From assembly GCA_028534125.1 (NCBI GenBank), contig CM052816.1, positions 99,450,001-99,514,000 on the forward strand: DNA of 64,000 bases, given 5' to 3'. This document shows, in pieces, positions 10,761-24,570 of this stretch; position 1 is the stretch's first letter; each line of letters opens with the position of its first letter. This DNA is from Lama glama. Lineage: Eukaryota. The notes beneath the pieces are model-generated. The model did no database searches and was not told the DNA's origin. It saw only the letters and a program-made list of their open reading frames with translations. A program made the translations under genes and the position numbers.

Positions 10761-13700
10761 TTATCAATAGATAATGCAGGACATTATCTATTGATGATAG
10801 ATAGCTTGACGGATAGACAAGACAGAGAGAAGGTAGATAAATGTGTCTGTGATAAAGCTAAAATCGTGAGTTATAACAAACTCCCCACAAAATTCTTGAC
10901 TGGAAGTAGAGAGAGAAACTGAACTGGAAAGAAAAATAAAGAAACACACCTGACCAATGTTACTGTATTTCAGTTTAGTATTACTTATGATTTGAAAAGA
11001 ATCTGAAGAAAATAAGACAGAATACCTCCACTTGAGCATTCTGGACGTTTGCCTTGCTACAGTGCTCTCCGGGCATCTTCAGAGTGTTAAAATGAAAGTG
11101 TGCACACGGGCGTACAACACAGAAACTTCCTGACACTCTGTAACAGTCAATTTTATGAATATTAATTTAATTAAGAATCCCGTAATGATTAAAATGTAGG
11201 TTGTCTCCAGTGTTCATTTTTATACGTTCCATCAATACTATATTCTTCTATACGTTGCATATCTTAATCATTTCCTAAGGTAAAAAAAAACTCAGAAAAA
11301 TAATTTCTAGGTTAAAAGATGTTTCTATTTTTAAATATTTCCCAACATATTTTCAACATACAGTGGACAAATAACACTCCTAAAATTTTGTGCCTGATTA
11401 AAATCCCACCCTACATGAATCAAGTGCCAATTGTAGCAAACTTTGGCAATGTGGCCTAGATTGTGGTCTGTACTTAAATCATCCAAAGCAGTGGATAACA
11501 GAGAGAAGCTCATTTTAGGACTTGAAAATTGGGCTCCGTGGTAATTTTAGACTTTACACACCTGCAGTAAGGAATATTGAAGGGGCTACTGTCACCCACA
11601 GCTGCTCTTCCCAGAAGGGCTCATTTCTAGGACTGTGGCCAGTGGTCAATAGACAGCAAGGAATACATTTTTCAATAAGGAGAAGAAAATAAATATAGAG
11701 AAACTACAGGGAAGTTTAATACCCTGTATGAAATACACTAATTGACAAAAATAACAGACGAGGGGAAAGGACACCAGTGCTCGCAGCACCAGTAAGTGCC
11801 AGCCTTGCAGGTCCGGACAGCCTGAGGAGCACGGAGCTGAAGTGTCTGCACGACTTACTGACTGGCTTATTGAAATGCAATACATACATACATCCGAGTG
11901 CATGTGTGTGTGTGTGCGTAAGTACAGAAGTTGAGTGTGTCTTGAGTGGGATCTTCATTTTTTTTTAAACTGAAGCACACAAAATCATCTTAGAGAAGAC
12001 CTGCCTTAGATCTGCTAAGAGCATTTATGAAAATGCATTATACGCAGACACTCACTGCTAAGGCTGCCTCTTCTGATGGCTCTGGCACATGCCGTCATCG
12101 TGAGAAGCAGGCAGGTAGACAGCACATGATCCAAGGGTCGCTGTGGGGAGGGATGGAGGTGGCCCCAGGCCTGCTCAGGCGAGGACTGTCATGAGTGGAA
12201 GAGAGTGCCTGGATTGGTTGACGCAGACTCTTGTCAGCTCTGAACAGGCACCAGCAGTGGGCCCACCCCAGGGAAGGGAATGTGCCGTGGGATCCAGCTT
12301 GGTGCCAGGACGGTATGCCCACGGGGGACATGTCTGGCTCCTGCACGGAATGTGCTCCGATACAACCTCCTGGACGTGGCGCTCAGGCCGTGGGAAACCC
12401 TGCGAACGTAGTCTAGAGAAGGCACCCTGTGTCTGGAGCATAGAGGTCCTCGGGGGTCCGTGCAGGTGACAGGCTTAAGTAAGCAAATCATGGCCACGAT
12501 GGACAAAGACCTATCAGGCGACACAGATGTAGAGACGACTCCAGACCAGAGGTTCTCTGGTCAGCTCTTGGTGCTCTGCTTCCCTTCCCCACCCAATCTT
12601 TGAAATCATGAGTTCAGTCTGACACCAGGGTTCTGGGGAAAGGCACGGGTGGACAGGAAGTCTCAAGAAGGAAGTAATGTGTTTCTTGATAATTTGACAA
12701 GTGGAATCTTAAACTTGATTGAAGAACGCCTGTCATAGAGAAGGCATGTATGTTTATCCTTCTGTGTGTGTAGTGGGGGAGCAGACTGGATAGACAAATT
12801 ACAGCCATGTGTTTACGAAGAATGGAGAGTGGAAAAGTCGGGTAGTCCACTCAGGTAGATTCCAGCCACGGTGCACTGTGAACTGTGGACAAGGTTACCT
12901 CCGGAGAAAACATATTGACCTTTGGCTGAAACAATACTGCAGGGCTGCTCTGCTGGCGCTGAAGGAGGGGTCCCAGGCTCATTAGACTGTGAATCCTGGC
13001 TTTATTAAGAGCCTGGTGTGGACCTTATTTTACGCCTCTCTGCCTTCACAGTCTGTCAACCGCAAGAGCCAAACGCTGGAACAGATTTCATGGTTCGCTG
13101 GGCCACGGTGATCTACGATGCCTTCAGCTCTCAGAAATCCCGAGGTGGAGAAGGGAGCCACCAGGACGGGACTTGACCGCACCTGCCCACCTGGAAGTCG
13201 CAGCGTGTCGAGAGTGCACTTGCTGACTCTGCTGGTACTCACCTGGGGGCACACACAGCCCCCTCAGAGACCCAGCCCTGAAACAGGAAGAGCAGCTCCT
13301 GTGTTCCCCAGACTCTCCCACTGACTGTGCGTAACACACCAAGTCTCTTCAGCATCTGTGGGAAATGCACGCCGATACATTTGTACAGAAACAGAAGATT
13401 CACTGAGCTAGATTTTAGGGCAGAGGGGAAGTGTGTTTAGTGTCTGCATTATTATACCGCCCCGCTTCTCCCAGCAGGAATAAAAGGCAGTCATTGTCAC
13501 CCTGTCGTAAACGTCCGCGCACCACGAGGCTGACCCCACTGCTCAGGGAGCTTCAGGAGGACCTGGGAATCAGTGTTTCTGCTACGCCACCCAGGTGTCG
13601 AATGAGCTGGCTTCTCTTCCCACATTCGAGACCCCACTGTGCCTTACTTTCAGGGTTGCTCTGTCCTAAATGGCTTCCAATGGGCCTGTTTGAATGTGCA

Positions 13701-14220
13701 GTTAGAATGACCATGAGGGTTGTGGTAAAGAAGACAGAGGTTGGCTCCCCACCCCCATGCCTCCTTTGATAACTTCACTGTGCTTTAATAAGCCCAGCGT
13801 GGCATAGATGCCTTCATCTCCTGCTGCACTGACCGGTGGCTTTGAATTAGTCTTCGCATCGGGCTGACCCCATGGTCACCCTTCGCCCTCCTCCTGCAGT
13901 GCTCCCTGCGTTTCTCACCTTGCTGCCGAGTGTGTGGTGTCTTCCTGCTTTGGTCGAAACGTCCAGCTGTGCTGAGAGATGCCTTCATCTGCACGCTCCA
14001 CGGGCACTGTGAACTCTCAAGAGACACTGATTGATAGAGTCAGACGCGCTTCCCTCAAGCCTGCTCCAAGTTAAAGGAACCCCTTGGAAAGAGGAAAAAA
14101 CAATTGAATGATTCTTCTTTTGGTCCATTTAACTTCAGACACAAAGATGTAATAAGACACCTTCTAAACTGATATTGGAACTGTGTGTATATTTGAGGTG
14201 TTTGAGTCCATTATGCAGAT

Positions 14221-14435
14221 CAGTAATTCTCAATCAAGGTTGACTTTGTCTCCCCAGGGAACCCTTGGCGGTGACTGGAGATGGTTTTGATTATCGTGAC
14301 GGGGCTGAGGGAGCCTCCTCTCATCTGGTGGGCAGAGTCCAGGGGTGCTGACACACTTCGAGCAACGCACAGGACAGCAACAAGCTCAGAATATTCCAGC
14401 CGTAAATGTCAATCATGCCAAGGCCAAAACTCCTG
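14221..14435 (+). mobile_element. MER20 (hAT-Charlie) DNA transposon
   Basis: cagtaattctcaa...ccccaggga...ctggagatggttttg...catctggtgggcagag...gcacaggacagc...aaatgtcaatcatgccaagg is collinear with the MER20 consensus over full length. Confidence 0.85.
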
Positions 14436-17400
14436 GAGACGCAGAATTACAGGGTCGACTTATGTATTCATGTGCAGCAAGTTTCATGCCTTTTACAGAG
14501 TCAGAAAAATATCCAGTTTTATTTCATCTTATATTATGACAATTTATTCAAAACACTCAGACTGGTATCGTGGTGGGAAAAGACGTTACCACTTGTAATC
14601 TGTTAATTTCGCATTCCTTATAGATCGTTTCATGTCCTTTGATTAAACTTTCAAAAGCAAACAAACAAAAAAGCTGCTTTCCTCTATGAACACTCAAAGA
14701 TCTGAACGTTCTGTGTCATATGAAAAATGCCTAAATACTGCACTTCCCTGTTGATTTCAGTCTGGGACCTTGGAAGCGCTCCACGAAGGTCCGTGAAGTT
14801 CGCAGTTGGGTCGGAGCCGAGACCAGGTACCGCTTGGAAGGGTGGCTCGCAGGTTCGAATGTGACACAGAAAGCAGGGTGGCTCCTGTCCTCGGAAGAAC
14901 ATGGCCTTTGTCGACAAGACAGTCATATTAGACATTGTGAAACACCAGGCCCAGCATATTTCAATATTAGAACACATATCTGAGCGCTGGGTTAAAAGCA
15001 TCTAAGAAAACTGATTGACTGGCTTGCTTTTCTCATTGCACCACACCGACTGCAGAATGTTTCATGCATGAGAACTTGGGTGCTGGCGTCTCCCATTCTT
15101 TAAACATCGTAGAAAAATGGCCCAGTGACACTGTGAGAGTGGAATCCTCTCTTACTGAAATCCCTGCTGTTTTCTTCTATGAAAGCAACCAGAGAATTCC
15201 AAAACAAAGTGCAAGCTGTGTAAACTTCAAAGCAGTTTGCTTGTACCGAACATCTTAAAAATGTACAAAGTCAGCGGAGTTGTTTATGAGCAGAAGAACT
15301 TAGAGTACAGAGCGTTCATTCCTGCAGCCAAGAAAACAGGCAGGGCTGGAGGAAGGCAAATTAGACGTGTTTAGGAAAAGTGGGCTTCATGGTAAGAGTG
15401 AAGTTGTTTGATAACACAAAGCATTGCTGAACCCTTCCTAGAAGACTCGACAGACACATCTATGTAAACAGAGGGCTCTGCAGGCTTTCTTGTTCCTCAT
15501 TTCCCCACTTACAGACTTCTGGTGTTGGGACAGGAATCAGAGAATATTCTACAGGCAAAAGGAAAATGGGCTGGGGGAGAGGGGGAGGGAGGGAGAGAAG
15601 GGAGGAGGGAGGGAGGGCGAAAGGAAGGAGAAGAAGGAGATTTATCTGATTTGCTATTTCATACCTTTTGCAGGATCACATTGTGAAGCGGACTCCATAA
15701 TACTATTAATAACCTGGCTAATTAGAACATACTAGGAGGGGAAACTGTCAATCAAACCAACCAATGATCAAAAGCATCATACTCAGTGCTGGGCCCAGTG
15801 TTTGCTGAGCGCTGCTCTGTGTGGACCACGCTAGGAATGTCACAGGACATGGAGGTGACATCAGATCCTGTCCTTGCCTTCAGGTTGTTTGAAATACACT
15901 AGAGGACTCACTATTTAATTGACCACAATTTCGTTGATGAAATTCTGAAATCTAAGATCAAAAAGTTATTCATTACATGTTGCAAAAACTGAACCTCAAA
16001 CCACACTATTTTTCTGGAAACAAACTACTTGTTTGCATCTTCTGTTTGGGGAAATAAAGCAGAGGGTTGGTCCCTAATGACAACATCTTCTTAAAGTGTT
16101 TCAATTAAAAAGTGATAGAATGGATGTTATTAAGAAAACCATTGGACGTGGGATTAAAAAGTTTGTCCTAAAATGAGTTTTTCTCCCAAATGTGCAGCAT
16201 CAGGGGAATTCTGGGCTTCAGCCGTTTCCTGTCCGTAAGCATGACTCTCTAGCTAAAAATGCTCTCAAAGCCCCTGGTGACTCTGGACGTGTTCCCCTGG
16301 CTTTTATAGTGGCTGCGAGTCTTCCCAGAAGCCGGGGCAGGTGCAAGCAAGCCCTCCGGACAGCAGGGGCCTGGGCCGTGCGGCGGGGCTCAGTCCCGAG
16401 TAGGACGGGGCACGCCGTTCAATCCACACACAACACACAGAGCTCTCATCAGCGCCTTGGGCACACGTTGCAAGTGATTCTGCTTTATTTGCTTTGTTTT
16501 GTTTTTTAAGCAATTTTAGTATTCTGTGGCTAATGAATGTTTGTCACCGAGGGTCAGTCTGGGACCCCTGGGTTGGCTAGGAGCAAGACAACAAATTAGA
16601 ATGCAGTTAGGTTTTGGAGAGGGGATTTGAATTGTGTACTTGAATGGCAGCATGAAAACTGATTGTCAAAATCAAGGTGAGAATAACACAGCTGTCCTGC
16701 TCTGAGTGGGAGGGGCTGAGGGGACCCAAGGAAGTGGGATGTCCTGGGGTCCTGGCGGTGCCCGGCCAGCCAGCACTCCAGAGAGGCAGCATCTGGTCTC
16801 ACCACCCCAGGGACTAGACTGGGGGCTTGTGCGTGCTTTGTAATGCGCGGGGGGCCCTCCTGCTTGGGAGAGAAAGAAGCAAATGAGGCTTTTAAGGCCC
16901 CTCCACATGATCCTAGTGATTAAAATTGTTTGATCCATCCTGTCCAGTGGCTTGGCTTGGTGCAAACAATTTAGGAAATCTGAACCCATCCCGTTTGAGA
17001 GTGAGGCTGTTAAGATACACCTGAAGATTTGCAGAGACCAGTTTGGCTCTAACTGTAGAGAATAAGCCTAAGTCACGATTGCCAGATCCGTGAGACAGCG
17101 TCGTATTTCACATGCGTTTCCCAAATATTTGTATAAAATAATCCTCAAAGTGTCCCCTGAGTTTTGCTTATGATGTACTATTTTTCTGTTATATAATATC
17201 CATTAGGGCAATTTAGTCACCATACCCCTAAGAAATACCTTGAGAGTTTTATCATTTAGGGAATATTTAAACAAAGGACAAATGTGTTAATGCAGCAAAC
17301 GAGCTAAAAGTCCTAATTAAAATAAACTTAGAACTGGTGATTGGATCTAGTAGGTTAGACTTTGACAGATGGGAGCAGCCGAGCCTTTCAGTCTGGAAAA

Positions 17401-17629
17401 GGTTAATATAATGAAGATCAGTGTCTTATCAAGTTTGAAGTAGACCTGTAATGTTTTTGTAATACATACTTCAAAATATTTTTAAGCTAAGTAAAATTGT
17501 AAAAATAAAAGTCTTTGGAGTGAAGATAAGAAAAGCAGAATGTGCTATGAGAATGGCTTCATGTGCACGTGGGGAAGTTTCAGATAACTAAACTCAGCAA
17601 GAGTTAGCATGAATCTTAATAAATCAGAA

Positions 17630-18007
17630 CGCCAGAAAGAGGAAGAAAAATGCCATATGATATCACTTATATGTGGAATCTAAAAAAAAATGAAACAAAT
17701 GAACTGATTTACAAAATAGAGGCTCTCAGACATAGAGAACAAACTTATGGTTACCAGGGCAGGGGAAAGGGGAGGGTGGGGAGACAAATTAGGAGTTTGG
17801 GATTAGTAGGTACACACTACCATATATAAAATAAACAAACAACAAGGTCCTGCTGTACAGCACAGGGAACTATATTCAATACCTTGTAATAGCCTATACT
17901 GAAAAAGAATATGAAAAGGAATATATATATAAAAACTGAATCACTATGCTGTGAATCACTAAGCTGTACACCAACTTTGTAACCTGACTATACTTAAAAA
18001 AAAAAAA
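17630..18007 (+). mobile_element. L1 3' end (cetartiodactyl type) with poly(A)
   Basis: atatgatatcacttatatgtggaatc...aacaaggtcctgctgtacagcacagggaactatattcaatacc...followed by an A-tail. Confidence 0.9.
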
Positions 18008-18898
18008 GGAATGGTAGCTAAAGTATGGGTATATAAATTGACCATATATTGAATACTTATATTTTCTATATTTTTGACAAATAACCAAAATTATATAATT
18101 CCTTCAACAAAATTAAACTATCTGCATACCTCTTAGAACCCAAGAACCAAATTTCAACAGCTGTCTCAGTAGCATCTTTCTGCCACCTCTTATGAAATGA
18201 AATGAAAGCAGGATGTATGTGGAGCCCTAGGTGACTTGGCCAGATCACAGATGACTTTCAGATGCCAAGTGTTTGTTAAAAATTTGCAATTGCACAGCCT
18301 CAGCCTTTCTGTAAGGCAGGAAAAAAATTACAGATGTTCCATTTTGTTGCTGGAAAAAAAAAGATGTCAAGTAAGAAGGCACCCCCACCGCCCCGCAACA
18401 TGAGAACTTACACAACGCAGGGGATCTCTGTAATCCCAAAGTCTCATATGAGAAGGATGCTCTCTTTTCAATCTAGAAGACACTTTTCCTCTTTGATAAA
18501 TTCCCCCACAGTTGCCTTAGTTAACTGAAGTACAGTGTTAAGGAAAGAGTACTATATGAGTAAAATTCTGCATTTTAACCTTTAAAAAATATTGTCTGTA
18601 AAGCCAGAGCTAGGAGACCAGGAAGAGCAAAATGGGCAGAGGTTGGGGGCAGAGTAATGGAGTGGTGAGAGCTGCACATGGAAATAACCCTGGGGACCTG
18701 CACACAGTCTCCTTTGAGGACTCGGCTGAGCACCCAGCCGTACTCAGAGGGAAGCAAGGACGGGGAAGGAACCACCAAAAGAGAAAAGAAAACATAACCC
18801 AGCCCCCATGGTGATCTGGGGCCCGTGCTGATTCTGCCAGCCAGAGTGGAAACCCCCCAACTCATCGGGTGTTGTGGGGAGCACGCAGAAGTGTCCTG

Positions 18899-18990
18899 TG
18901 GGGGGTGAGCACAGCTTGGTGGTAGAGTGTGTGCTTAGCATGCAGGAGGTCCTGGGTTCAATCCCATTAATTTTTTTTTCTTTTTAGAAA
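18899..18990 (+). mobile_element. tRNA-derived camelid SINE (Vic-1-like) with TSD
   Basis: A-box-like agcttggtggtagag, body gtgcttagcatgcaggaggtcc and B-box gggttcaatccc. TSD AGAAGTGTCCTG (18887-18898) and AGAAATGTCCTG (18991-19002). Confidence 0.85.
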
Positions 18991-19786
18991 AGAAATGTCC
19001 TGCCTAAGCAATGAGGCATTATAAGCTCTAGACAACAGTTAGCTTGGACCCACCAAGGAAATTTTAAAAGCAAGACTCAAAGTGATAAACTACTTCTAAC
19101 CGATTCATCTACATAGCAGAACAAAGCTCAACAGCATTTACCGGAGAACCAAATTACCCAAAATCCTACGAGGTGCATTTCATGAATCCTGGTGTTTAAA
19201 TAATACTCATCAGGCATACAAAGAACAGAAAAACATGACCCATAAGACAGAGAAAAATTAGTGTGAACTAACCCAGAACTGACACAGATGCTGGATTGGC
19301 AGACAAAAAAGTTAAAGCAATGATTATAAAGGTATTCCCTGTGTATAAAAAGTTAACAAGAGGCACAGAAAATATTTTAAGAAAATACTGAAATTAAGTA
19401 TGTAAAAGCAAAAACTGCGATGTCTCAGATGACAAGTATTCTAGCTGCAATTAGTGGGACCCTAGACACTGCAAACAAAACTGCTAGTGATACCTCACAG
19501 CGGAAGCAATTTAAAGTGAGACACCTAGAAAAACAAACAAGAAAAAGGGTTTTAAATGAACAAGACATCAGCCAGCTACAGGATAAATTCAAACAGACCA
19601 ACAAGGTTATCATTGGAGACATCAAAGAAGAGAAAGGCAGGGGGAAAATGCTTGAGGAATACTGGCCATACATTTTCAAAATATGATAAAAAAATATAAA
19701 CCACAGAAGGATAATGAATCCCAAGTATAAGAGATGTGAATAAAGTGAAACAAGTGTCATCTTAATCAAATTGCTCAAAGCCTATA

Positions 19787-20640
19787 TGTATTAGTTATCT
19801 ATGCTGTGTAACAAATCATCCCAATACTTGGTGACTTTAAGTATTTATTATCATCTCAAAATTTGCCTGGCTGCTTCTGGCTCAGTCTCCAACAAGACTG
19901 TAATTGTGCTGTTGATCAGGACTGCAATAACCTCAATGATGGACTGGGAGACAATCTGATTCCAAACTCATTCATGCAGTGGCTGTTGGCAGGTTCTGGT
20001 TCTCTGTAGCAACTGACTGGAAGCATCACTTACTTGCCACTTGGGCATCTCCATAGGACAACTCATAACACACAGCTGGCTTCCTTCAGAGTGAGAGAGA
20101 GACAGACAGAAGCTACAGCTTTTTGGTAATTTAGTCTCAGAAATGATATCTGCTATGTTTCTCCCTCTCCAAATTTCACATGTTGAAATCCTAACGCCCA
20201 ATGTGAATGTTGGTAGGAGGTGGGGCTGTTGAGAGCTGCCGAGGTCACGAGGGTGGAGCCCTCAGAAATGGGATTGGTGCCCTGATACAAAGGAGCCTGA
20301 GAGAGCCTGTTAGCCCCCTGCCCCTTCCATCATGTAAAGACACAATGAGAAGTCTGTGACCTGGAAGAAAGCCCTTGCTGGACCATGCACGGGCCCTGAC
20401 ATCAGACTTCCAGCCTCCATAACTGTGAGAAATAGAGTCTTGCTGTTTATGAGCCATTCAGTTTGTGACATTTCATTATAGCAGCAGCTCGCACAGTCTG
20501 AGAAAATACACCGTTGCTTCTGACATGCTGTATTCATTAGGATGAGGAAATAGGTCCCACACTCAAGGGAAAGAGATCACGCAGGGCATGGATGCCGGAA
20601 TCTGGGACTCACTGAGGGCCACTTAGAGGCTGCCTACAAA
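19787..20640 (-). mobile_element. MLT1F-like LTR inserted in L1 ORF1 and split by an MLT1A
   Basis: Begins tgtattagttatctatgctgtgtaacaaat and ends ttagaggctgcctaca. L1 sequence resumes on both sides. Confidence 0.75.
20151..20505 (+). mobile_element. MLT1A-like solo LTR
   Basis: tgctatg...ccaaatttcacatgttgaaatcctaac...gagggtggagccctc...gacttccagcctcc...actgtgagaaata...ttatagcagc. Confidence 0.85.
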
Positions 20641-21429
20641 AAGTGATAAAAAGGACATTTTAAAAACAACTAAAGGAAAAGCTAATAATGATGGGTACCA
20701 GGAACCAGGATAAGGATGGAAAACAATGACGACAAACAATGAAGGATTCAGACAAGGGCTTTTCAGAAGGGGGAGCAGCACCTTTAAGGTGCTGGCAGCT
20801 TGGCAGGGGGAGCGGCTGCCAACCGAGAATTCTATACCTAGCAAACATATTTTTCAAAAACAAAGCAAAATTATGACTTTTCCGTAGATATATGAAAGCT
20901 GAACAAAATTCTCACCGACATATACAACAACAAAAAATATTAAAATGAGAACCACAGATGGAGGGAAAATGATATGGCTCTGCTCAAAGAATGAAGGCAT
21001 TAAAGATGGTCACTCTGTGGACAAATACATGACTTTCTATTATTTAACCCCTTGACAATAATAAAAAAGTTATTGTGTCGTTTATAATATGCACAAGTAA
21101 GAGGCATGACAAGGAGTTCCCTAGAAATGGGAGAGGAGCAGCGCAGGCGTCCTTGTGAAGTTCTCACGCTTTAAAACAGCAGCAGCGTGCGTCCCGGGAC
21201 GCAGTCTGTGACGAGTCCAGCTGTGTCCTACGGAGCCCAAAGCGGTCCCCGAAACAGCAAAACAAGCATTTCTAGCAAATAAACCAGCAACAAGGAAACA
21301 TTGATTCATTAAAAGAAAATACCCAAAAAAGGCAGAAAAAGAGGGAAAAAGAGAGCGTGACCAGGCGGGGTTATTGTTTTAATCAGGATGAGAGAGTCAA
21401 GCCCAAGCACACAAATAATTGCACTGAAT

Positions 21430-21604
21430 TTGAGTGAATTTCAGATCGTCTGAATGCTTTGCAAATAACGTTTTATTGAAACACGGACACGTGTGTTTTT
21501 TCCATGTTGCTGATGGCTCTTTTCACAACACAGTGGCGGAGCTGATGAGCTGAGACAGAATGTGTGTACCACAGCCTAAAACACAGACGGCCCGCCCACC
21601 TCTG
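21430..21604 (+). mobile_element. MER58A-like hAT DNA transposon nested in L1
   Basis: tttgcaaataacgttttattgaaacacggacac...gatggctcttttcacaacacagtggcggagctga...agcctaaaa resembles the MER58A core. Confidence 0.7.
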
Positions 21605-23561
21605 CCAAAGCACCCCCGTCAAAGTCAGAGATGGTCCGACTGCACAAGAAGCAGGATTCTACACAGCGACTTCAAGATGTGCACTTGAACCAGAAGGAAA
21701 CAGAACGTTTAAGGTAAAATGATGATAAAGGAAATATCATGCCAACACTAATTAAAGAAAGACAGAGACTAGAATGATATTAAACAAAGCAGATTGCAGG
21801 GCAGAAATTTCTATAAGATAAAGACCAATTTATAACGATAAAAGGGGTCAATTAATGGAGGACTTAACAATGTTAAGCATTTGTGTACCTATGGAGAAAG
21901 CTTTAAAATGCATGAAGCGAAATGTAATAAAATTGCAAAGAAAAATGAATTCACAATTATCTTCAGAGATTTCAGTGTCCATGTCTCAATAATTAATAGA
22001 ACAGGTAAACAGAAAATCAGTGACAAAGAAGACTTGAAAAATACTGTCAACTAACTTGACCAGTTGTCACTTGTTAAATGTCATACCCAGCAGGAGCAGA
22101 ACACACATTATTTTCAAGTGCACACAGACTGTGTTGTAAGCCATATTCTGGGCTGTAACATGTCAAAGAAATTGAAACAAAGTATGTTCTAACCACAAAG
22201 GAATTATATTGAAAATCAAAAGCAGACTGATCTCTGGAAAATCTCCAAATTTTGGAAGCTAAATAATACACTTCTAAATAACCCTTTGATTTCAAGGAAG
22301 AGATAAAAAGTGGGATTAGGAAATATTTTAAGTTGAATTAAATTTATGAGATGCCTCTAAATCATTACTGGGAAAGCAGTATTTATAAGAACAATGGTTA
22401 TAGTAGAATGGAGGCAAGACCTCAAATCAATGACTTGAGTTTTTACCTTAAGTTATCAGAAAAAGAACAAATTAAACACAAAGTAAGCAAAAGTAAGGAT
22501 AATAAGATGGATACAGAAATTTATGAACTAGAAAACAAAATAAACCAAAAACCAACAGTAAAAATTAATGAAGCCAAAACTTGTTTTGAGAGCATCAATA
22601 AAACTGATAAACTTCCAGCCAGACTCAGAAAAAAATAGAGAAGTGACATATTATTGATACTGGGTATAAGAGTGGTAACATTTCTACAGATTCCACAGAT
22701 TTAAAAATGTAATGAGAGGATATTATTAAAAAATTATGCCAATGAATATGACACCTTAGGTGAAGTGGGCAAATTCCTTGAAACATACAAACCTCCAAGG
22801 CTCACCGGAGAGGAAACTGGTAAGTTGAATAGCACTGTATCTGTCACAGAAATTGAATTTGAAGTTTAAAGCCTCCAGATATAAAATGAAACATAAAATG
22901 GTGCAAAGACTGGGGAAATTTCTTAAAACATTAAACACACACCTACCATATGAACAAGTCATCTCATTCCTAGGCTTTTATTTACCCAAAGAAAGGAAAG
23001 CATATGTCCTTAAGAAAACTTAACATTTGCCTCGTGAACTTCATAATCAGCTTCATTTGTAATAGAACAAAACAGGAACAACTCAAATCAACAGGACATG
23101 ATGGACAGATAGACTGTGATATAGTGATACAGTGGACTATTACACGGAATAAAAATGAATAGGTATTGGTACACACAACAACATGAGTGAATATCCAAAT
23201 AACCATGATACATGGAAGAAACCAGGAAAAACAGAGTCTATACCACAGAACCCATTTATAAAGAATAATTGAAAATGCAAACTAATTTACAGTGGCAGAA
23301 AGCAGGTCAGTGGTTGGGAGGCAACTGGGCAGATGGAATTACAGAGCAACGTGAGGAGATTTGGGGATTGACACATCATATGTTCGTTATCTTAACTGCA
23401 GTTTCATGGGTGTACACGTATCAGAATCTATTGGAATTGAGGCTTTACATATATTCTGTTTACTGTATGTCAGTCGCCTCTCAATAAGGCTGTTTAAAGA
23501 TTTGTTAAAACAAAGCACCTGCTCAAGCATGTAAAAGAAGCACACCCTTTATTTATTCATT

Positions 23562-24570
23562 TTCCTTTTTAAATTGAAGTATAGTTGATTTATAATATTG
23601 TATTATTTTCAGGTGTATAACATGATGTTTCATAATTTTATAGATTATACTCCATTTGAAGTTATTATAAATGAGGCTACCTCTCCCTGTGCTGCACAAC
23701 ACATCCTGTTGCACACCTACTTTGTACATAATAATTTGTATCTCTTGACGCCCCACCCCTGGATTGTTCCTTCCCCTTCCCTCTCCCCATTGGTAACCAC
23801 TAGTTTGTTTTCTCTAGCTATGAGTCTGTTTCTGTTTCGCTATATGCATTTGTCTTATTTTTTAGATTCTACATAGAAGTGACAACATACAGCGTTTGTC
23901 TTTCTCTGTCTGACTTATTTCACTAAGCCTCGTATTCTCTAGGTCTGGCCACATGGCTGAAAGTGGAAATGAGTAACATTCCTCTGTGTGTGTGTGCATT
24001 TTTACATCTATTTTCAGTTTTTTGAGGAAACTCCATACTGTTTTCCACAGTAGCTGCACCAATTTACGCCCCTACCAACAGTGTACGAGGGTTCCCTGTC
24101 CTCAACAACCTCACCAGCGTTTGTTGTTTGTAGACTTTCTGATGATGGCCATTCTGACAGGTGTGAGATGCCACCTCAGTGTGGTTTTGGTTTGCATTTC
24201 TCTAATAATTAGTAGTGTTGAGCATCCTTTTCATGTCTGTTAGCCATCTGTATGTCTTCTTTTGAAAAATGTTTGTTCAGGTCTTCTGCCCATTTTTTTA
24301 ATCAGATTGTTTGTTTTTTTTTTACTTATATTGAGTAGTATGAGCTGTTCATATATTTTCAATATCAACCACTCATCAGCATATCACTCACAAATATTTT
24401 CTCCCACTCAGTAGGTTGTCTTTTTGTTTTGTAGATGGTTTCTTATGCTGTGCAAAAACTTTTAAATTTAAGTAGGTCCCATTTGTTTATTTTTGCTTTT
24501 GTTTCTTTTGCCTTAGAAGACAGATCCAAAAAAAAATACTGCTGTAAATTATGTCCAAGCATTTTGCCTA
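23562..24570 (-). mobile_element. L1 3' portion (L1MA9/cetartiodactyl-like)
   Basis: T-rich tail then aaattgaagtatagttgattt. ORF2 C-terminal remnant on the minus strand ([17 protein letters not shown] 23862-24062). Confidence 0.9.

Larger units (their letters stand above)
18600..23510 (+). mobile_element. Old L1 (L1MB/MC-like): 5' region, ORF1, 5' ORF2, internal deletion and 3' end, carrying several nested insertions
   Basis: ORF 19420-19686 is ORF1-like (QLQDKFKQTNKVIIGDIKEE). ORF 22351-22638 is ORF2-like (KINEAKTCFESINKTDKLPARLRKK). The sequence jumps to 3'-end sequence near 22880 and ends ctctcaataaggctgtttaaa. Confidence 0.85.

Noticed and set aside
10760..10798. Hairpin as a possible miRNA precursor
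   Set aside because: The stem (14-17 bp) is too short for a pre-miRNA. It is reported as a template-switch scar instead.
18899..18965. tRNA-Ala-like sequence with A and B boxes (also 57893-57997)
   Set aside because: Degenerate cloverleaf, tail and TSD show that these are SINEs, not tRNA genes.
19420..22638. ORFs 19420-19686 and 22351-22638
   Set aside because: Decayed L1 ORF1/ORF2 fragments with stops and frameshifts on both sides.
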